In this document: in pieces, positions 53,867-58,665 of the stretch
Numbering within the stretch: position 1 is the first letter of the stretch
Layout: every line of letters begins with the position of its first letter
Source of the DNA: a virus
Lineage: Duplodnaviria; Caudoviricetes
Direction: 5' to 3' (one strand)
Virus record (IMG/VR): IMGVR_UViG_3300032242_001675
Coordinates: 1-58,665 of that record
DNA length: 58,665 bases
Program-made: the position numbers and the translations under genes
The notes under the pieces: model-generated
Seen by the model: only the letters and a program-made list of their open reading frames with translations
Databases searched by the model: none
What the model was told of the DNA's origin: nothing

Positions 53867-54865
53867 ATGGAAATCATCGCACGTAATGTTAATGAGCTGT
53901 TCGCCGATATGCTCTGGCGGTTTAAAACGGAGTCCGTACTTACCCAGACCCGCAACGGACCCGCCCTGCGTATTCCCCGTCCGGTGCTCACCACGCTCTC
54001 AGCGCCCGAGGAGCGGGTGTTGTTTCACGCGGCGCGCGACGCTAACCCTATCTTCCACCTGATGGAGTCGATTTGGATGCTCGCGGGGCGGCGCGATGTC
54101 GAGTTCCTCGCGCTTTTTAACAGCCGCATCGCGCAGTACTCGGACGACGGTCGGGTGTTTAACGCGGCGTATGGCCACCGCATGCGCACCCACTTCCGCG
54201 TAGACCAGCTGATTGAGGCGATTACGCTCCTGCGGCGCGACCCCGAAACCCGGCGGTGCGTGGTGCAGCTGTGGGAGGCCGCCGACCTGACCAATCAGAA
54301 CTCCAAAGACCTCGCCTGCAACACGCAGATAGTCTTCGGGCGCGGGGTGCACGGCACGCTCGACGCACTAGTGACCAACCGCAGCAACGACGCGTGGTAC
54401 GGCTACGCCGGGGCTAACGCCGTGCACTTCACCGTCATTCAGGAGCTCGTGGCGCGGGCGCTCGGTTGGCCAATGGGTACGTACTCCACCGTCACCGCTA
54501 ATCTGCACCTTTACACCGAGCTCTATAACGCCCAGCACCACGTTGAGAACCCGCCCGTCAACGCCGACACTTTCGATTATTACTTCTTAAAGAACCTGAC
54601 GGCTTACCCGTTGATGGTTAACGCGAACTACCGCGGGTTCCTGGAGGACTGCGAGGCGTTCTGCCGCGACCCGTTTAACCAGACCGCGCGCTACCAGCAT
54701 CACTTCTTCCCCGCGGTGGCGCTCCCCATGGCTATGGTGAGCCACGTGCGCCGCACTAAACAGTCCGACGGCTATTACTGGGCGAGCCAGGTCGAGGCTC
54801 AGGATTGGAAAATAGCGACGCAGGAGTGGATTGCGCGGCGCGAGAAAAACTCAGCTATAATTTAA
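53867..54865 (+). CDS. Thymidylate-synthase-family dUMP hydroxymethylase
   Basis: TRNG, RDANPIFHLMESIWMLAGR, AYGHR, catalytic DLACN, RSNDAWYGYAGANAVHF (Asn at the specificity position points to dUMP), NLHLY. Confidence 0.85.
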   Translation: MEIIARNVNELFADMLWRFKTESVLTQTRNGPALRIPRPVLTTLSAPEERVLFHAARDANPIFHLMESIWMLAGRRDVEFLALFNSRIAQYSDDGRVFNAAYGHRMRTHFRVDQLIEAITLLRRDPETRRCVVQLWEAADLTNQNSKDLACNTQIVFGRGVHGTLDALVTNRSNDAWYGYAGANAVHFTVIQELVARALGWPMGTYSTVTANLHLYTELYNAQHHVENPPVNADTFDYYFLKNLTAYPLMVNANYRGFLEDCEAFCRDPFNQTARYQHHFFPAVALPMAMVSHVRRTKQSDGYYWASQVEAQDWKIATQEWIARREKNSAII

Positions 54866-54916
54866 ACGCGGTCTCTTTTTTATAACTTTTCTAACCTCAT
54901 AACTGGACTACTTCTC

Positions 54917-55405
54917 ATGAAAGACACTCTGGAGTTTACACAGGCGGGCGCGGACGTGAAGCGCTACCACACCCTGCTCACCCTGCAAAGCGAAACCGTG
55001 GGGCACCACTCCCACGGCGTGGCGATGCTCTGCCTACTGCTCGACCCCCAAGCGAGCCGCCCGTTGTTAATTGCGGCGCTCACCCACGACCTGGCCGAAC
55101 ACGTCACCGGCGACATCCCCTCCCCCGCTAAGCGCGAGTACGGCATCGGCGACCAAGTGAACGAGCTCGAGCAGCGGCTCCTCAACTCCGTCGGGCTCGG
55201 CGTGCCGATGCTCTACCACCACGAGGCGCGCATCCTTAAGCTCGCCGACATACTCCAGGGTATGCTGTTCTGCGCTCGTGAGCTGTCGCTGGGCAACCGG
55301 CGCATGCGCGCGGTGTTTAACAACTACGTGAGCTATGCCGAGGCGATGAAGCCGGTCGACCGGGAACGGGTTATTTTTGAAATCATCAAGGAGCAGGCAA
55401 AATGA
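54917..55405 (+). CDS. HD-domain nucleotide hydrolase (YfbR-like)
   Basis: VKRYH, ETVGHHS, LTHDLAEHVTGDIPSPAK, KLAD. Confidence 0.85.
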   Translation: MKDTLEFTQAGADVKRYHTLLTLQSETVGHHSHGVAMLCLLLDPQASRPLLIAALTHDLAEHVTGDIPSPAKREYGIGDQVNELEQRLLNSVGLGVPMLYHHEARILKLADILQGMLFCARELSLGNRRMRAVFNNYVSYAEAMKPVDRERVIFEIIKEQAK

Positions 55406-55854
55406 GCGCGAATGATAAACAGGTCGCAGGCACGCACTACCACACCACCACGGGCGCACTTCAGCACTGGGACTACTGCGACGCGAACGACGTGCCGTAC
55501 CTCGAGTCTGCCTGCACCAAGTACGTGCTGCGTTGGCGTAAAAAGAACGGCATTCAGGACCTACTCAAGGCGCAGCATTACCTCGAGAAAAGACTTGAGA
55601 ACCTAGCCGCGGGGGTGGGCGCTCCGCGCGGGGGCACGCTGAACCATACCGATTACCTGCGGTTCGCGCTCGCGCACAATCTAGACTCGCCCCAGCTCGC
55701 GCTGGAGTACGAGATAATCAGCTACGTGCTGCACTGGGGCAACGCGGGGGACTTGGAGTCCGCGCAGTTGGCGCTGGAGGAGCTCTTGTTGCTGGCGCAG
55801 GCGGAAGACGACCTCTCCGCCGATGCCGATTCGTCTTACGTAGACCAGGACTGA
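55402..55854 (+). CDS. DUF3310-like protein
   Basis: ANDKQVAGTHY...KYVLRWRKKNGIQDLLKAQHYLE. Confidence 0.8.
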   Translation: MSANDKQVAGTHYHTTTGALQHWDYCDANDVPYLESACTKYVLRWRKKNGIQDLLKAQHYLEKRLENLAAGVGAPRGGTLNHTDYLRFALAHNLDSPQLALEYEIISYVLHWGNAGDLESAQLALEELLLLAQAEDDLSADADSSYVDQD

Positions 55855-55868
55855 GAGCCCCGCCCCGT

Positions 55869-57719
55869 ATGAGCCACACTATAGTCCTAGACACCGAAGT
55901 AGCGCCGAACGGATTTCTCTTGTTAGGGAAAATCTTAGAACTCGGCACCTACTTTCATATCTGGCTGAGCGAGCCCGCAGCCCGGGAGCGTATTGCGGAG
56001 CTCATGGCTTCGGACAATACGCTCGTCACGTTCAATGGTAATCGTTACGACCTGCCGATGATTTCCGCCGTGATAAAAGGCTTCACGGGCGAGGGGCTTA
56101 AAGCCGTGTCGGATGCCATAATCGGGGGCAACCTTTCGGCCTGGGCAGCGCGTAAGCGGTTCGGCCTGCCGCAGGTCAAAGCCGACCACATCGACCTGGT
56201 CGAGGTCGCGCCGTCTTTTGTGGGGCTGAAGACCTACGGCGCGCGTATGAACATGCCTTGGCTTCAGGATTTGCCTTATCGCCACGATGAGCCCTGGACC
56301 GAGGCACGCCTGCCGCATGTCTTAGAGTACTGTCGTAATGACGTGGACACCACCGCGGAGCTGCTTAACCGGCTCGCGGAGCCCGTTATGCTCCGGTTGG
56401 CGATGTCTAAAGAGTACGGCGTGGACATGCGCAGCAAGTCGGACACCCAGATGGCGGAGACCGCTTTTATTAAGCGTTTGCGCCTACCGGACCACGACAT
56501 CCCCGTACCCCGCGCGCTGCGTTATAAAGTGCCGAGCTTTATTCACTTTGAACTCCCGCACCTTAAAAAGCTGGCGCGGGACATGGAGGATCACATCTAT
56601 GAAGTCAACCTTAAAACGGGACACGTCATACTACCTGAGTTCCTTGGGGGAACTACCGTCGCCGTGGGCGCGGGCGTTTACCAGATGGGCGTGGGCGGAA
56701 TACACTCTACACATGATAAGTCGGTCTGCCACGTCGCGGATGAGAATACGATCATTGCGGACATTGACGCAGCGAGTTTTTACCCGAGCATTCTCATCAA
56801 CGGCAACCTCGTGCCCGAGCGGCTCGGCAGCGCGTTTATCGAGGAGTACCGCAGCGTGTACGAGCGCCGCCTCCAGGCCAAACGCGCGGGCGACCGCGTC
56901 ACCGCTGAGACGTTAAAGATCTCGCTGAACGGCACTTTCGGCAAACTCGGCAGCCGGTGGTCGGCGCTGTACGCGCCGGAGATGATGCTCGCGATTACGC
57001 TCACCGGCCAGCTGACCCTGCTCAGCCTGATTGAGCGGCTGGAGGGGGTCGGCGCGCGGACGCTCTCCGCTAACACCGATGGCATCGCTATGGCTTACAC
57101 CCCGCAGGACGTGCACCGCGTGGAGAGCGTGGTTGCGGCGTTCTCGCGGGCGACGGGGTTCGCGTTTGAGTATACGCCTTACCGCGCGTTGGCAATTAAA
57201 GACGTCAATAATTACTTCGCGGTTAAGCTCGACCGCTCCGTTAAGGCGAAAGGCATCTACGCCCCGCCCGACCTGCGTAAGAACCCGACCGCGCCGATCT
57301 GCGCTCGCGCGGTATCGTTGTGGCTCGCGCGCGGAACCCCTTTACTTCAGACCATAAAGTCGGGTAAAATAGAGGAATACTTAAGCGCACGCAACGTCAC
57401 GGGTGGCGGCGTTCAGGGGCAGCTTTACCTCGGGAAAGTGGTGCGCTGGTATAACTCAACCGATAACTCCTTACCTCCGCTAACTTACGCATCTAACGGC
57501 AACCGCGTACCGAAGACCTCCGGCGTGCGCGCGCTGATGAGGATGGGGACCGACACGTACCACCCCGTCGACCTCGACTACGACTGGTACTACAAGGAGG
57601 CCATAAGAATTGCGGTAGACACGGGGTGTCGGGAGTTTTTAACGGAAGAGCAGATAGCCTTAATCGCACCCCCGCCTAAAGTTAAAAAAGTACGCAAAAC
57701 CAAGGAAAAAGCAACATGA
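55869..57719 (+). CDS. DNA polymerase, family B-like, with 3'-5' exonuclease domain
   Basis: DTE, FNG..YD, YC.ND exonuclease motifs; DAASFYPS, KISLNGTFGK, NTDG, DVNNY polymerase motifs. Confidence 0.9.
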   Translation: MSHTIVLDTEVAPNGFLLLGKILELGTYFHIWLSEPAARERIAELMASDNTLVTFNGNRYDLPMISAVIKGFTGEGLKAVSDAIIGGNLSAWAARKRFGLPQVKADHIDLVEVAPSFVGLKTYGARMNMPWLQDLPYRHDEPWTEARLPHVLEYCRNDVDTTAELLNRLAEPVMLRLAMSKEYGVDMRSKSDTQMAETAFIKRLRLPDHDIPVPRALRYKVPSFIHFELPHLKKLARDMEDHIYEVNLKTGHVILPEFLGGTTVAVGAGVYQMGVGGIHSTHDKSVCHVADENTIIADIDAASFYPSILINGNLVPERLGSAFIEEYRSVYERRLQAKRAGDRVTAETLKISLNGTFGKLGSRWSALYAPEMMLAITLTGQLTLLSLIERLEGVGARTLSANTDGIAMAYTPQDVHRVESVVAAFSRATGFAFEYTPYRALAIKDVNNYFAVKLDRSVKAKGIYAPPDLRKNPTAPICARAVSLWLARGTPLLQTIKSGKIEEYLSARNVTGGGVQGQLYLGKVVRWYNSTDNSLPPLTYASNGNRVPKTSGVRALMRMGTDTYHPVDLDYDWYYKEAIRIAVDTGCREFLTEEQIALIAPPPKVKKVRKTKEKAT

Positions 57720-58063
57720 CTGAGAAACTACAAAGACCGCCGGTGGTGTGGATCGTGCAAAATGATATCCGCAAAGACTTCACCCAGGCCGAAACCTACG
57801 GCACGCTCGCCGAGGTCTTTTACGGTACGAGCGATGTGGCCGAGCCCGATAAGCTCGTGGAGCATGCGCGGCGGCTCATGCGCAACTGGGAGCCGGGGGA
57901 TTACCTGCTGATGGTAGGTGACCCGAGCCTTTGTGCGCTTTGTTTAGCCGTGGCGGTAGAGTTCGACCCCACCGGGCGGGTGACGCTGCTCCGTTGGGAC
58001 AGGATCAAACGGGCGTATTCGGTGCTACCGTTAGATTTTAATACCAGTTCAGCACCACTATAA
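57716..58063 (+). CDS. Hypothetical protein
   Basis: VWIVQ...DF..A..YG, GDYLLMVGDP, LLRWDR; coupled to the polymerase gene. Confidence 0.7.
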   Translation: MTEKLQRPPVVWIVQNDIRKDFTQAETYGTLAEVFYGTSDVAEPDKLVEHARRLMRNWEPGDYLLMVGDPSLCALCLAVAVEFDPTGRVTLLRWDRIKRAYSVLPLDFNTSSAPL

Positions 58064-58101
58064 CCTTTTAACTCTTTATTTAACTCAGGAGCACTCTCAT
58101 T

Positions 58102-58665
58102 ATGTCTTGGACAGATAGCCTAGTGGTAGGCAAGCAGGCCAACCCCCCGCGCATTTGCATTTACGGCGGCCACGGTATCGGTAAGAGCACTTTGGCCTCA
58201 AAGTTTCCCGCCCCCATTTTCATCAGCACGGAGGACGGGCTGGATTCGCTCGACGTTACGTCCTTCCCCCGCGCACGGTCGATTCAGGAGGTCGTGGACA
58301 GCATTAAAACTCTCTTAAAAGAGGAGCATGAGTTTAAGACCGTGGTGATTGACTCGGTCGACTGGCTCGTCACGCCGCTGATTGAGGCAAACGTGGAGGC
58401 CTCGCACGATGCCAAGGAGCTCGCCTACGGCAAGGGGCAGATGCTCGTCGCCGAGGAGTTCCGCGAGATCCTGCAAGGGCTCGACGCGCTACGCCGTAAA
58501 AAAGCGATGAACGTCGTGCTGATTGCGCACGCCGCGGTGGTTAAATTTGAAGACCCCCGCACCGAGCCCTACGACCGCTACTCCCCCAAACTCCCTAACC
58601 GCTGCAACGCGCTGCTTCAGGAGTGGGTGGATGTCTTGGCGTTTGCGGCGTTTAAGGTGATTATT
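58102..58665 (+). CDS. Sak4-like/AAA_24 P-loop ATPase (recombination/annealing protein), 5' part; continues across the junction to 297
   Basis: Not in the ORF track. ATG at 58102 after AGGAG. Manual translation MSWTDSLVVGKQANPPRICIYGGHGIGKSTLAS (Walker A) ... TVVIDSVDW (Walker B) ... YGKG ... VVLIAH; precedes a DUF669-type SSB. Confidence 0.88.
   Translation, partial: MSWTDSLVVGKQANPPRICIYGGHGIGKSTLASKFPAPIFISTEDGLDSLDVTSFPRARSIQEVVDSIKTLLKEEHEFKTVVIDSVDWLVTPLIEANVEASHDAKELAYGKGQMLVAEEFREILQGLDALRRKKAMNVVLIAHAAVVKFEDPRTEPYDRYSPKLPNRCNALLQEWVDVLAFAAFKVII
58543..58665. repeat. Second copy of the 123-bp terminal overlap
   Basis: Identical to 1-123. Confidence 0.97.

Noticed and set aside
53867-54865. 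Ordinary ThyA or dCMP hydroxymethylase
   Set aside because: The RSND..G..GAN.VHF pattern has Asn rather than Asp at the specificity position, and the neighbours are 5-hmdU-processing genes; biochemical confirmation is still needed
1-58665. tRNA genes, integrase/att sites, phage RNA polymerase, alternative genetic code
   Set aside because: None recognised by eye, and core genes are intact under the standard code; tRNAscan and HMM searches were not run

Overview
The window is an apparently complete, circularly assembled lytic tailed-phage genome of about 58,542 bp. Bases 1-123 repeat exactly at 58543-58665 and cut through a gene, so this is an assembly overlap. Two arms diverge from a promoter region at about 48790-49043. 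The + arm (49044 to the end, wrapping to 9442) carries a thymidine hypermodification cluster (PLP enzyme, amino acid:DNA transferase, HNH, P-loop kinase, 5-hmdU DNA kinase-type protein, dUMP hydroxymethylase, HD hydrolase, DUF3310-like protein). It continues with a family-B DNA polymerase, Sak4-like ATPase, SSB, Cas4-like exonuclease, RuvC-like resolvase and an AT-rich island of small mosaic ORFs. The - arm (48789 to 9439) carries an SF2 helicase, a primase-helicase, an iteron-like repeat region, terminase, portal, GroES, scaffold, capsid, podovirus-like tail and ejection proteins, a multi-gene tail-fibre locus and lysis genes. The main leads are: (1) 5-hmdU hypermodification in a podovirus-like genome, with the transferase gene apparently swapped together with an HNH gene; (2) a shared [FYMLK]-[AKR]-x-GG motif in six virion-module proteins plus a candidate cognate processing domain; (3) a GGQ-less release-factor-like domain inserted between recurring AKPEQ linker sequences. 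All product calls come from motif recognition by eye; no database search was run.
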